Assembly (NCBI GenBank): GCA_963700635.1
Contig: CAVOYH010000004.1
Span: forward strand, 832,001-896,000
Length of the DNA stretch: 64,000 nucleotides
Reading direction: 5' to 3'
Source of the DNA: an uncultured Bacteroidota bacterium
Lineage (GTDB): Bacteria; Bacteroidota; Ignavibacteria; UBA10030; UBA6906
This document shows positions 39,206 to 49,870 of the stretch, piece by piece. The notes beneath the pieces were generated by a model. The model had not been told where the DNA came from. It made no database searches and saw only the letters and a program-made list of their open reading frames with translations. The translations under genes were made by a program, and so were the position numbers. Within the stretch, counting starts at the first letter, position 1. Each line of letters starts with the position of its first letter.

Positions 39206-40040
39206 GCACCTTTGCCTATGTGCATACGCGTGAGGGAGTCTTTCAGGTACGTGAACGCATCATCCACGTCATCACAGAACCTGAAAAGACTGAGATCTTT
39301 CTTGCTGATCACCCCGCGTGAAATCATGTAGTCGAAGTCAAGGGCCTTATTCCAGTATTCTGTCCCGTAAATCACGACCGCGATCTTCTTTGTTGTTTTC
39401 TGGGTCTGGAGGAGCGTTAACATCTCCATCAATTCATCAAGGGTGCCAAATCCGCCGGGCATAATGACAAGGGCCTTGGCAAGATAGGCGAACCAGAACT
39501 TTCGCATAAAAAAGTAGTGAAACTCCATGCTCAGGTCCGGACTGATATACCCGTTTGCAAACTGTTCGAACGGCAGACTGATATTCAGGCCAATTGATTT
39601 CCCGCGCGCCAGCGATGCTCCCCGGTTTGCTGCTTCCATGATGCCGGGGCCTCCGCCAGAACATATCACAAATCGTCTCTGCTTTTCGAGGGATTTGGAC
39701 CAGAGCGTGAGCCGTTTCGCCAGCTTTACGGTATCCTCGTAATACCGCGACATATCCACTGCAACGGCCGCCTTTTGCATCGCCTGCGTCAGCCCCTTTT
39801 CCGTCCGTTTTAGTGGATTTCGCCTTCTTGCGAAGATCCTGATACTGCCGGAGGGCCTCACGTTTTGGGAGAACTCTGGCAGACCCAAAAAACACGATCG
39901 TATCTTTAATCTTTTCCTGTCGGAACCGCCTCTGAGGGCTGAGAAATTCCGCAAGGATCCGCACCAGACGTGCATCGGGGCTGTTCAGAAACTCCGAGGT
40001 CCTTGTAGGCCTTCGGAGGTTTTTTCTGCATCGGTTTCAT
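39202..40040 (-). pseudogene. LOG family (Rossmann-fold nucleotide-binding) protein broken by two +1 frameshifts (about 39995 and 39796); probably sequence error
   Basis: Three successive frames give MKPMQKKPPKAYKDL / EFLNSPDARLVRILAEF...VFFGSAR...DGKG / LTQAMQ...GGGPGIMEAANRG...FHYFFMRK...PGGFGTLDE. Confidence 0.88.
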
Positions 40041-40057
40041 ATCTGTGTGTGTCCTTT

Positions 40058-40913
40058 CTATCCCAGGTAAACGTACACTCTCCCTGGTACACCTTCAACA
40101 CGTCCATCACTGCTGATGATCCCGCGTCTCACAAGATTTCCCAGAGCCTGGTACACATGCTGCCGGTTCCAACGGAAGATGTGCCTGATGTCTGCCACCG
40201 AGCACGTGAGTTGATTACGAAAATGTTGCTCCAGGATCGCCTTGCGCGCCTGTTCGGCCGAAACGTGCCGCGCTTTCCTGACCTGAGGGCCAAAAAGGAC
40301 GCGGACAGGTGACCATGTGAATGAGAATGGTTGTCTGTCTTCATCACCTCTTGCGAGATACATCTTACTCTGGAGCTCTGCCATGGCCTGTGTGAACGTG
40401 GCCTTCCCCACCACCCCTTTCCGCTGAAGCAGTTGCCGGATCTGCCGGGTTGAAAGCCGCGAACGCCTGTTGAAGATTTCCATGATGCGGCGTCCCAGGA
40501 CCGAGAGATCGCCACGCATTGCTGCAGTGAATATATTCATCCCGGTCACCTGTACGGCCGCTCAGGGCGTAGAAATACGGGAGAATATCCAGCGAAAGCA
40601 TTGTGGGTCTGTTCATCAACAGTTTGCCATAGTACACCAGCCGCTCGGATGGAAGGACGTGTTTCATTTCCCACAGAAACGCAGAGGCTGATTTTGCAGA
40701 GTCCGCCCGCCCTGGAACCGTTTTCGGATTTCCATGCACCGCATGCCACAACGAGGGCACTTCATCGCCGTCTGCCCGGAACACGAGGCAGAAGCCCACC
40801 GTGTTTATAAAATTTAGTGCCCGGCGCTTCGTTGACACCGTATGATGCGGTGAACGTTTATGGGCGCGCTCCCTCCAGCGCTCCACGTCGTGCGCGTTGT
40901 ACTCGAGAGCCAT
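40058..40913 (-). pseudogene. AlkZ-related/winged-helix protein with one +1 frameshift (about 40533); probably sequence error
   Basis: MALEYN...FINTVGF...PSLW...VYYGKL...PYFYAL...DEY continues in the next frame as FTAAMRGDLS...ELQSKMY...IFRW; ATG overlaps the ygfZ-like stop. Confidence 0.7.
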
Positions 40914-41899
40914 CAGGAGCGTCCCCGGGGGGGCGGATCCGACCAGAGAAACCGCCGGGCCGGGATTTCCGTACCCCCGGCTTCGCACCGCACGCCAAGT
41001 GGCTTCCCTGTCCGGATAGGCTCGCTCCGGCACACCGCAAGGGCCATCGTAGTCCCATCAGGGAGCGGCTGTGATAACGATGTGATGCCTCCCACGATTC
41101 TGTCCTGTGATATTACGTGGAGCGGGTCCTCTCTCCGGGAAGGCTGTCCCTGAAGGTGAAGAACAATCAGTTCTCGCTGAACTTTCTCATATGCATCCAA
41201 TCGGGAAACAACCTCCTGACCGACATAACAACCCTTGGTGAAGCTGATCACGTCGCGCAGACCCACCTCGAGGGGATTTACGGACGTGCTGAGCTCCCGG
41301 GGAAAACACGGCGTGCCGGTCATGATCCGCAGAAGTTCGAAACCATCACCCTGCAGCTCCTTCGTTCCTGTGTTCCGTGCGGCCTCCACGATGCTCCCGG
41401 CCACAGTGCGCTGTGCGAGCAAGAGGATTCCCGGTATCCTCCCGAGAGGCCTCCTCCAGAAGAGTCCGTTATGGTCCTCCGTTACATTTGATGCAGAGAG
41501 ACCTCCATACGAATCGATGCTGTATTCGTATTGAGGTCCAATGAACCAAGTTAGCACTAAATCCGCGGTTACCGGCGTGAGCTCAACATCTTCCAGTATG
41601 GTAAACCGTTCAATCCATGTGCGGATGTTTTCCATTGCCGCCGCATGGACGACCAGAAGGGTGCGTTGCTGAGTGATGACGACTTCTCCCAGATCCACCA
41701 CCCTCCCCTTCTCGGTGGTAAACACAGTCTGCACGGCTCGAGGAACTGTCCCCGAAAAGAGATCGTTCGTGGATAACCGGTGAAGCAAATCCAGCCCGTC
41801 TACCCCGTTCACTTCAAAACAACCAAATCCGTGCTCCTGCGTCCACGCTCCGCGCGAGAGCATCTCGTGTGCACGGCCCTGAGGATCGGGTATCATCAT
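40913..41899 (-). CDS. YgfZ/GcvT-like folate-binding protein
   Basis: FTKGCYVGQEVV signature, GVDGLDLLHRLSTND, TEKGRV. Confidence 0.9.
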   Translation of the reverse strand: MMIPDPQGRAHEMLSRGAWTQEHGFGCFEVNGVDGLDLLHRLSTNDLFSGTVPRAVQTVFTTEKGRVVDLGEVVITQQRTLLVVHAAAMENIRTWIERFTILEDVELTPVTADLVLTWFIGPQYEYSIDSYGGLSASNVTEDHNGLFWRRPLGRIPGILLLAQRTVAGSIVEAARNTGTKELQGDGFELLRIMTGTPCFPRELSTSVNPLEVGLRDVISFTKGCYVGQEVVSRLDAYEKVQRELIVLHLQGQPSRREDPLHVISQDRIVGGITSLSQPLPDGTTMALAVCRSEPIRTGKPLGVRCEAGGTEIPARRFLWSDPPPRGRS

Positions 41900-43717
41900 C
41901 GGGCTCCGGCCTCCACGAATGTCACATTCCCATCAAAATCCGTGCACACCACCTCATGCCCGCTTAGTGGAGAAACGGTGTTCAGAGGCGAGGCGCTCAC
42001 ACGATGTTTCCAGAGCAGAGTCCCCGATAGCCGCATCCACAGCCATCAGTACGCCCCGCATGGTTCCATAAAACAGAACGCCGTCTCGCTCCTGGGGCAT
42101 GGCTGCGTTTATGTCGTAGCCAAAGCCGGCATGGATTGACCAGATATCATCAGGTCCGGGGGAAGCGGGATCAATCGCGACAAGTGAATCGCGCATTGTG
42201 CGCACGTAGATGCGTGATCCATCTGAGGCGGCTCCGATGCTCTCGCGTACCTGGTGTTTCCCTGTTCTCCACAAGACCTGTCCAGTCGCGGCATCCAGTG
42301 CGGTCATCATTCGATCAGGTGCGACTACAAACACACGGTTCTGTGTGAGCACGGGCCAGCATGCAGCCGGAGAGAGCAGCCGCCCCTGTTGTTCTCCGCG
42401 CCAGCTCCACCGGAGTGCTCCATCCCGTCGGCCGAAGGCGTACAGGGTTTCGTCCCAGGCCCCCACGACCACAATGTCTCCACCCACGGCAGGACGCGCC
42501 TCCACAAAGGCGTTGATACCCGGGGTTGTCCACACGATCCGACCCGTTCTCAGATCCAGGGCTCGGAAGCGTCCGTCGCCTGAACCCGTATAGACTACGC
42601 CATCGACAATGGCGGGGGCAGCGACGAGCGGTGCGCCGGTCATTACCTTCCACACGTGCTCGCCCGAACGCAGATCAAAACAATACAGCGCGCTATCTGT
42701 GGATGAAATGACCACACGGTTTGATTCCGCAGCCGGTGACGCCGTAAATCGTCCGGGCACTCGCGTGTTCCAGAGTGATACCCCGTCGGATAAACGTAAT
42801 GCATGCAGGGTGCCCGCATAAGTCCCCGCAATAAACCGATCCTCCCGTACTGCTCCGCCGGCGAGGATCGTTGAACCAGTGGCGACCTTCCACCGGATGC
42901 GGACATCGGGAAAGTCCCTGTTCATCGCGAAGTCAGGTCGGGATGCCTGGTCTGCCTCCAAACGCCGTGGTGGCTCGAGTGAGTGTACGTACCAGGGCTC
43001 TGCGGTTCGGACGCCTGTGGTTCGCTCCGCGATCGTGATACTGTCGCCCGAAATGGTGACAATATTGTATCCGCCCTGTGCCATCGTGCCCCGCAGCAGA
43101 CTCCGTCCCATTACCCCGTGTATTCCCTGGTATGTATCGGTCCGGTTTTTGTGTCCGTGTCCGGTAAAGACCAATCGCGTATCGGTCGTCTGGAGACGCC
43201 GGGTTGCTTCATACCAGTTGCAGATTCCGGAGTCCAGCGGGTAGTGTGTGGCAACGAGCACGGGAAGATTGCCTGTCCGTGCCGGGACAAGTGCAGAATC
43301 TATCCATCGCAGGTCTTCGGGTGCAAAATGCCCGTCCGCCATACGCATCCTGGGACCCTGATGGAACCCCAGGAGCAGATACTCGTCAACCCGCTGCGAA
43401 AATCGTTCGCGGCCGAAGATTGATGGGAAAGCGGTTCCTCCAGATTCGGACCACTTGGTGTCATGATTCCCCGGGATGATGTAGTACGGCACGGCCAGCT
43501 TATCAAGCGCCGCTCGTGCGGAGAGCAGTTCTTCTGTACTCCCGGTCTCGGTGATGTCCCCGGTGAGAAGGGCGAACCGTACACCTTCAAGGGTCGTAAT
43601 GTCTGCCACTGCTTCACGCAGGTCATCCAGCCCTGTCGGACTCCCGACATGAAGGTCGGTAAGCCACACAAAGTGGATCTGGGCGAAAAGCAGAAGGGGT
43701 GTGAGGAGGAACGGCAT
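41896..43717 (-). CDS. Metallophosphoesterase fused to a PQQ-like/BamB beta-propeller; +1 frameshift near 42029 displaces the last about 44 codons
   Basis: TDLH, TGDITE, GNHD, GHGH; repeated A.D..TG..vW blades; the shifted frame continues SGTLLWKHRV...FVEAGAR* with its stop overlapping the next ATG. Confidence 0.85.
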
Positions 43718-43727
43718 ATCTGGTGAC

Positions 43728-45071
43728 TCAGTACAGAATACGGAGCGAGGCTCCTGTGAAATAGTGGAGTACGATTTGTTTTGCGGTCTTTCCCTGCGTG
43801 GCCATCACGGCCGCTCCGATCTGACAGAGGCCGACGCCGTGTCCCCATCCAGCCCCCTGAAGCGTAAACTCCCGGGGCACGCCGTTTTCGTCAGGGGTTG
43901 TCCGGACCAAAAAGGCAGAACTGTAAAGATGACTGGGAGATAACCATCGGCGGATTTCAAGTTCTTTGCCGACGGTGATTGTTCTCTTTTCGCCTACAAT
44001 CTGCAGGGCTGTGATGCGGCCGGATGGGCCTCTACGCAGCGGGATCAGGTCAAGCATCCGGCCGAAGTCGATTCCGGATTTGCGCTGAAGCAACGCCGCG
44101 AGTGTTTCGTTGCTGTACACCACGGTCCACCGGAAAAAATCAGTGGTTTCCTGGTCGAACGACGGAAGGACCTGGCGGAGTATGCCGGCGTCCGTGGTGT
44201 TACAGTATGCGTCAGGCGGAGCGGAGAGCCATCCGGCCATATCGTGTTCATTCGTAATTGCCGGCACCTCAGCAGGCGCGTCGCTCACACTCCGGAGATA
44301 TGGCACATCCCTGTCTTCCCATGCGCTGGAGAACTCCTCTGTGCGGCCTCCGCAGGCCTTGTAGTAGCGCGCATCACAGATCTCATCTTCATACACAAGG
44401 AACTGCCCCCGCGTAGAATGGACCGCTTCTTCCGCTGCTTTCGAGATGATCTTTGAGACGCCCTGGTACCGCTGGCAGTGGTCATCGGCGCAGACATCAA
44501 AATCCGTATGGTCTTCCCGTGTATACCATGTAACGATTTCCTGCGTATCGGCCTTGATCGCCGGACTGGGGGCCACAGGCTGTTCCGGTTGCCGGGAGCG
44601 TTCCAGCATTGCGACGAGCCAGCTCCGTGAAGTTATGGCATGCGCGCGTAACAACTCCGCCGGGGCAGTGGCGCTCATTTCGGAGGAAATGACACTTTTG
44701 AGATACTCTTCCAGCGGAACGACATTGATGGCGGTTATCCCTTTCCCCGGGATGAAGAGAAGGTTTAGCGAACCGTTGAAAGTTTGAGGCTCTTTACGTT
44801 CCCAGTGGAAGCTGACCCCTATCGTGACGTCATCCAGCCGGACCAGCGCATCCGGCGCCGCGGGTGTGAACAACAAAGCGGATGTGCCATAGTGCCGCGG
44901 CCTGCCGTCAATGTCGATCGTCCACTGCCGCCCATCGTGCAGGCAGCGGAACGTGCCGGAGACCGTTGCACCTCCCGGGTCCGTAAAAGGACCCTGAAAC
45001 TGTCCGGTAACACGAGGATACGCTTCAACGATGCCCACATGAAGGAGTGGTTCCTTTGAGATCATTCTCAC
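43728..45071 (-). CDS. SpoIID/LytB domain protein
   Basis: LEEYLKSVISSEM, AHAITSRS, CADDHCQRYQG, CGGRTE, GAGWGHGVGLCQIGA. Confidence 0.93.
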   Translation of the reverse strand: MRMISKEPLLHVGIVEAYPRVTGQFQGPFTDPGGATVSGTFRCLHDGRQWTIDIDGRPRHYGTSALLFTPAAPDALVRLDDVTIGVSFHWERKEPQTFNGSLNLLFIPGKGITAINVVPLEEYLKSVISSEMSATAPAELLRAHAITSRSWLVAMLERSRQPEQPVAPSPAIKADTQEIVTWYTREDHTDFDVCADDHCQRYQGVSKIISKAAEEAVHSTRGQFLVYEDEICDARYYKACGGRTEEFSSAWEDRDVPYLRSVSDAPAEVPAITNEHDMAGWLSAPPDAYCNTTDAGILRQVLPSFDQETTDFFRWTVVYSNETLAALLQRKSGIDFGRMLDLIPLRRGPSGRITALQIVGEKRTITVGKELEIRRWLSPSHLYSSAFLVRTTPDENGVPREFTLQGAGWGHGVGLCQIGAAVMATQGKTAKQIVLHYFTGASLRILY

Positions 45072-47197
45072 TCTTCCTTATCGCTTGCCGAAAGATGCTT
45101 CTCCCGTGATGTGCAAGGCGGAGTGTCTTCGGTCAGGATGCCGGTGACGGACACTGCGTTTCCCTCCTCCACGTGCACCCTGCTGGATGTCCGCACAGGC
45201 ATTTCTGCGCCCCCCTTTGTCAGCATGCGGAATCGGAATTCGGTGACCTGTCCCGTGAGGGTTTGCTCCAGGTTATGTGCCAGGGCGTGACGGTCGTCAG
45301 GGTGAACAAAATATGTGAAGTGTTCCCCCACCATTTCCGGAGGGGTGTACGACGTGAGGGTCTCGATCCGCTGGCTGACGTAGGTGAAATGTCCCCTGCA
45401 ATCAAGTGAGAATACCACGTCGTGCAGATTTTCTACAAGCAAGCGGTACCGTTCTTCGGAAGCCTTCAGTGCGTCTTCCGCTTTTCTCCGGTCCGTAACA
45501 TCCTGGACAAGTCCGTCATACGATAACAGGGTGCCGTCCGGAGTGTAGTGCAGCACGGGTGTGTTCTTTACCCACCGCACATTTCCATCCTTGCGGACGA
45601 TACGATGTTCGATAGGCGGTGCGGGTTCACCGGCCAGAACACGTTTTACGTGGTCCATGACCCGCGGACGATCCCGGTCGTCCACCATCTTGAGCCAGAG
45701 ATGGGGATCATGAATATAATCGCCCTGGGCATATCCGGTTACGGCCGCACAGCCAGGACCATGGATCGTTTCGCTCCAGTGGCCATTCTGCAGCCGGACG
45801 GAGTAGATATAGTCGGTAACCTCGCTGGTAATTTTCCGATACCGCTCTTCGCTCCGCTGTAGTTCTGCATTCGAACGGTCCCGCGCCAGCACACCTCCAA
45901 GGACTTCGCCGAGAAGTCGGAGGAGGCGGAGATCCTCACCGAGCCAGAACCGTTCCTGACTTTCCACGACGATGCCAAAGACACCGAACAGCCTGTGGAC
46001 AGCGGCAAGGGGAATAAGCAGCAGTGAGCGCGCCCCGTCTTCCCGCCAGAACAGCGCATCCTCGGAGGCCTCCGGAGGAAAATCAAGAACACTATGCAGG
46101 CAGATCTGATCGCCGTCGTTGAGTCGGCTCAGGGTCCATTCCCATCGCGAGAGGTGCGTGCCCCGGTGTGTTGCCCCGCGGACGGCGATCCCCGGAGCCG
46201 CCCATTCATGCGTAAATTCGACTGACGTGCGCGACGAATCAAACAAATCCACAAAACAACGGTCGGCCTGAATAAAAGTGCCCACTGCATCGAGTGTGTG
46301 CTGGAGCTCGCGGGTGAGCTTTCCCTCTTCGGCGTTGATCAATCGCGCTGCGGAAGCGGCGATGATGTTTTCAAGTGCGATACGGCGGATCAGAGCTTCC
46401 TCTACCCGTTGCTGATCCGTGATGTCCTCTACGATTGCCACGGCCCCGATGGTATTATGAGCACCATCATGAAGCGGAGCCGTCCGGATTGTGACCGATA
46501 CGTCACCTTTGTCGGGTTGCCTTCGTAATCGTCCCACATAACGGGCCGATTCTCCTCTCAGGGCAGAGAGCAGAACGCCATGGACTGTGTGGTCAAATAC
46601 CCTGCTGATCGGCATCTCAAGCAGGGCCTCCGTGGATGTGCCGAGGATCGATGCAAAGCGCTCGTTCACCTCTGTGATGACCATGTCTGTTCCGAAGTGC
46701 ACAATCCCGACGGGCGATCGTTGGAACAGGAGCCGGTATCGCTCCTCACTGATCCGCATCGCCCTGTCCAGCCGATGTTTGAACAACGCCATCTCGACAA
46801 CCGTTCGCACCTCGCGGATGTCATAGGGCTTGAGGATGTACCCTGCCGGCTCAGCGTCCTTGGCGCGCTGGAGTGTTGCCGGGTCGGAATAGGCAGTGGC
46901 GAAGATTATGGGAACATCAAGGCGTGATCGAATCTGGCGCCCCAGAGCTATGCCGTCTGTGTCGCCACCAAGTCCGATGTCCATCAGCACAAGATCCGGC
47001 CGGTAGTGCTCGGCATCGCGCAGCCCTTCTTCTGCCGTTCCAGCCGGTCTGGGAACAAAATACCCCGCCGCGGCGAGCCCTGCCTGAAGATCCCGGGCAA
47101 CAATTTGCTCATCTTCCACTATGAGGACGCAGGCGGTTCCCTGCCGGCGCGCGGGAGAAGGAGTCGATCTGTCGTTTCGATTTTTCTCGGGGGTCAT
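45068..47197 (-). CDS. Signal transduction protein REC-PAS-GAF-PAS-PAS with no output domain
   Basis: LIVEDE, DLVLMDI, TAY, KPY receiver; SEERYR linkers; PAS/PAC ends EDIT and QDVT; GAF with EWAAPG and SLLLIPL. Confidence 0.88.
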   Translation of the reverse strand: MTPEKNRNDRSTPSPARRQGTACVLIVEDEQIVARDLQAGLAAAGYFVPRPAGTAEEGLRDAEHYRPDLVLMDIGLGGDTDGIALGRQIRSRLDVPIIFATAYSDPATLQRAKDAEPAGYILKPYDIREVRTVVEMALFKHRLDRAMRISEERYRLLFQRSPVGIVHFGTDMVITEVNERFASILGTSTEALLEMPISRVFDHTVHGVLLSALRGESARYVGRLRRQPDKGDVSVTIRTAPLHDGAHNTIGAVAIVEDITDQQRVEEALIRRIALENIIAASAARLINAEEGKLTRELQHTLDAVGTFIQADRCFVDLFDSSRTSVEFTHEWAAPGIAVRGATHRGTHLSRWEWTLSRLNDGDQICLHSVLDFPPEASEDALFWREDGARSLLLIPLAAVHRLFGVFGIVVESQERFWLGEDLRLLRLLGEVLGGVLARDRSNAELQRSEERYRKITSEVTDYIYSVRLQNGHWSETIHGPGCAAVTGYAQGDYIHDPHLWLKMVDDRDRPRVMDHVKRVLAGEPAPPIEHRIVRKDGNVRWVKNTPVLHYTPDGTLLSYDGLVQDVTDRRKAEDALKASEERYRLLVENLHDVVFSLDCRGHFTYVSQRIETLTSYTPPEMVGEHFTYFVHPDDRHALAHNLEQTLTGQVTEFRFRMLTKGGAEMPVRTSSRVHVEEGNAVSVTGILTEDTPPCTSREKHLSASDKEE

Positions 47198-47473
47198 GAG
47201 GTGTTTATCAGTTTGGCCTGCTGGCACATCCATACAACATACGACGGAGACATCAAAGGCGCAACCGGATCCTGGCACCGGGCGGTGGGCATCCTTGAGT
47301 TGAGCCCCCACAGATGGTCGAAGTTAGCCATATGCGCACACATGGTAACTGAGTCTCTCCCATCCCTCACCCAAACAGACATTCCAGCCAGAATCGGGCT
47401 GGTATCACATTTGCTATACAATCGGTAGGCCAGAGTGGCCACAATAGGCACACGTTTAACCTGGGAATTCTCC

Positions 47474-47683
47474 ATGGGGACCTGGAATGGTATCGCGGAT
47501 TGCCCGAAGTGCGGAGCAAAAGGAACTATGATGGTACACGGCGAGACCAGCACGCTCATAATAGATGGTTGCTGGGTATGTGGTTATGGACAAGAGTTAA
47601 ACGATCGGTTTAGCGATTTTGTTCCCATCCGACATCTCCGAGTCGAACGAAAACGCCCCTCTTCACCGTTGGCAGGGGGGTAA
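47474..47683 (+). CDS. Small zinc-ribbon-like protein (69 aa)
   Basis: CPKC...CWVCGY; followed by a plus-strand hairpin with T7. Confidence 0.55.
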   Translation: MGTWNGIADCPKCGAKGTMMVHGETSTLIIDGCWVCGYGQELNDRFSDFVPIRHLRVERKRPSSPLAGG

Positions 47684-47703
47684 TCTACAACCAAGGATAT
47701 CCC

Positions 47704-47777
47704 GCCGGTGCCGATCTGTTACTATACAACTCCATCTCTCTCCCGAGAACGACAAAAGATTGGCATCGGCTTTTTTT
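47704..47777 (+). terminator. Long-loop hairpin with T7 tail
   Basis: GCCGGTGCCGATCT (47704-47717) pairs with AGATTGGCATCGGC (47757-47770) using two G-U pairs, then TTTTTTT. Confidence 0.55.
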
Positions 47778-47782
47778 ACTGC

Positions 47783-49285
47783 TCATTCTCCTTGTACGTT
47801 CCCTCCCACTGAAGAAGATTTTTCCGTGCTCCGGGAGAATGGGAGCACGACAGTACAAATCACTCCACCCTCTTTCCTGTTGGCAAGCGTGATGGTTCCT
47901 CCGTGTTTTCTTACTATTTCATTGGAAATGGCCAGGCCCAGCCCCAATCCGAACGCACCGCTTGCGGTTTTCGTGGTAAAATTTGGTTCAAATACCCTCG
48001 GTAGCACGTCTTTTGCAATACCCGAACCGGTATCCGCAAAGTGCACCGCCACACACTGATCCGCTTTCCGTTCTGCTCTGATCTCCAGCTCTCCTTTGTC
48101 CTGCATTGCATCACAGGCGTTAAGAATCACATTCGTCCAAACCTGGTTGATCTCGCCCGGACGGCAGAACACAGGCGGAATGTCCTGGAGCGCGAGGTGT
48201 ACGGTGATGTTCTTCAGGCGGTTGCCGAGCATCAGGAGTGTGTCCTGGATCCCCTTGCGCACGTCCGTTTGTTCGATTTCATCCATACTTTGCCGGCTGT
48301 ATCCCTTCAGGCTGGCCACGATGTTCCCGATCCGTGAGCCTGCGATTTCGATGTTATGAAGAAACATGCCGATCTCGAACCACTCGAGGAGCTCCTGGAG
48401 GCGTTGTTCGCCGGACGGCGTCGGATCTGCGAGTATTACTTCAAGGGCGGGGAGATGTTCTGCCGGGAGCTGCGCGAGGGTACGGGCGAGACTCCTGCGC
48501 ACGTGCGGATAACGTCGGGTCAGCTCTGCCATACGGTGTTCGTGATCTGCCGTGTCGGGTGGGTTTCTGCTCCGACCGAGGAGGAGCATGGTACGCTCGA
48601 GCTCCGTGCCGGGTGTGCCGGAGCCGACGATAGCAGGCAGCAGCGTCGAAACTGTTTCCGCCCCGCGGAGAAGCGCGGAGGCAGGATTGTTCAGCTCATG
48701 TGCGATGCCGGCTACAAGTTGGCCGAGAATGGCCATCTTTTCCTGATGAATCAGGCGGTTCCGCGTACTGTGCAGTTCATCAAGCGCATGCTGGAGCTGG
48801 TTACGTTCGAGTTCCAGCTCCCGTGTAAGCGCTGCGACCTCGATGTGAAGATGCAGGATACGGCGATACCGTTCCGCGAGGGTATGAATAATCAGGGTTT
48901 CCAGAAGCTTAAAGAGCTGTGGATGACCGTGCGCCAGGCCGTCAAATTCAGGCTTCCTGAGGCGGAACACGCGAACGTCTGTCTTCGCGCGAGCGGTGGC
49001 GAACACAGCTCCCCCGCCATAAAACGAAAGCAGACCCACGATGTCTCCTGCTTCGAAGGTGCCGATGGCCACATCCGAACCCGTGCCGTATCCTTTGAGG
49101 AGGAGAACCCGTCCTTCGAGGATGAATGAGAGGGCATCATTCGGCTCGCCCTCCCGTATGATCAGATCGCCGTAACGATATGCATGCACGGATCCAACAG
49201 AGATGCCAGCGGCAATCGCGCTGCGGAGGGCGCTGATGGCGGGGTGTGCTGATCCATGTGCCGCATCGTGTGGTGGGGATGTCAT
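47783..49285 (-). CDS. Cytoplasmic histidine kinase with N-terminal cyclic-nucleotide-binding domain
   Basis: IIREGE...ILEGRV cNMP fold; GIAHELNNP H-box, NQVWTNVILNA, DTGSGI, FTTK, GLGLGL. Confidence 0.93.
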   Translation of the reverse strand: MTSPPHDAAHGSAHPAISALRSAIAAGISVGSVHAYRYGDLIIREGEPNDALSFILEGRVLLLKGYGTGSDVAIGTFEAGDIVGLLSFYGGGAVFATARAKTDVRVFRLRKPEFDGLAHGHPQLFKLLETLIIHTLAERYRRILHLHIEVAALTRELELERNQLQHALDELHSTRNRLIHQEKMAILGQLVAGIAHELNNPASALLRGAETVSTLLPAIVGSGTPGTELERTMLLLGRSRNPPDTADHEHRMAELTRRYPHVRRSLARTLAQLPAEHLPALEVILADPTPSGEQRLQELLEWFEIGMFLHNIEIAGSRIGNIVASLKGYSRQSMDEIEQTDVRKGIQDTLLMLGNRLKNITVHLALQDIPPVFCRPGEINQVWTNVILNACDAMQDKGELEIRAERKADQCVAVHFADTGSGIAKDVLPRVFEPNFTTKTASGAFGLGLGLAISNEIVRKHGGTITLANRKEGGVICTVVLPFSRSTEKSSSVGGNVQGE

Positions 49286-49737
49286 GCGGATGCCAGAAAC
49301 GTCTCGTATGATTCAGATTCGGGAACGTGCTGCCGGATAAATTCGGCAAGGAGTCTGCTCACGACATCTGTCAGCTCCTCCTGTGTCCAGGGTTTGCCAA
49401 TATAGTAATCAAGTTTTGCGTAGTTGACAGCCCTGACCATTGCTTCCAGGCTGGCATGTCCGGTGAGGAGCACTTTCTTACACGCGGCCGTGTAGGGGTT
49501 GCGGTACAGTTCCACGAGGAACTCAACGCCCGTATCTCCGGGCATGACGTGGTCGCAGAGTGCTACCCCGAGCAGGTCGTTCCCCTGTTCTATGCGGTTG
49601 ATACACTCCCTGGCCTCGGCGACGGAACGTGCTGTAAAAAGGGGAAACATATCTTCGAGCGGAGCCAGGTCCTTGACAACGGCATCCAGGACTTCGGGTT
49701 CATCTTCGACACAGAGGATACAGATACGTGATGGCAT
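49282..49737 (-). CDS. Single-domain response regulator
   Basis: CVEDE, CDHVMPG, LLTG, KPW. Confidence 0.92.
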   Translation of the reverse strand: MPSRICILCVEDEPEVLDAVVKDLAPLEDMFPLFTARSVAEARECINRIEQGNDLLGVALCDHVMPGDTGVEFLVELYRNPYTAACKKVLLTGHASLEAMVRAVNYAKLDYYIGKPWTQEELTDVVSRLLAEFIRQHVPESESYETFLASA

Positions 49738-49870
49738 AGTCGGCCAAAGTGTGGGAAAATGCGGAATATCGTCACCGGTACCAAGGTAGCGTTTTCCCCC
49801 CGAAACTTCCACTGGAACCACGGGCGGTTCATCAGGTGTTCACATAGTGTACGAATGGAGACTTTCCTTG

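Noticed and set aside
39793-39800. Programmed ribosomal frameshift at GGAAAAGGGG in the LOG-family gene
   Set aside because: Three other +1 breaks nearby have no slippery context; clustered sequence error is simpler
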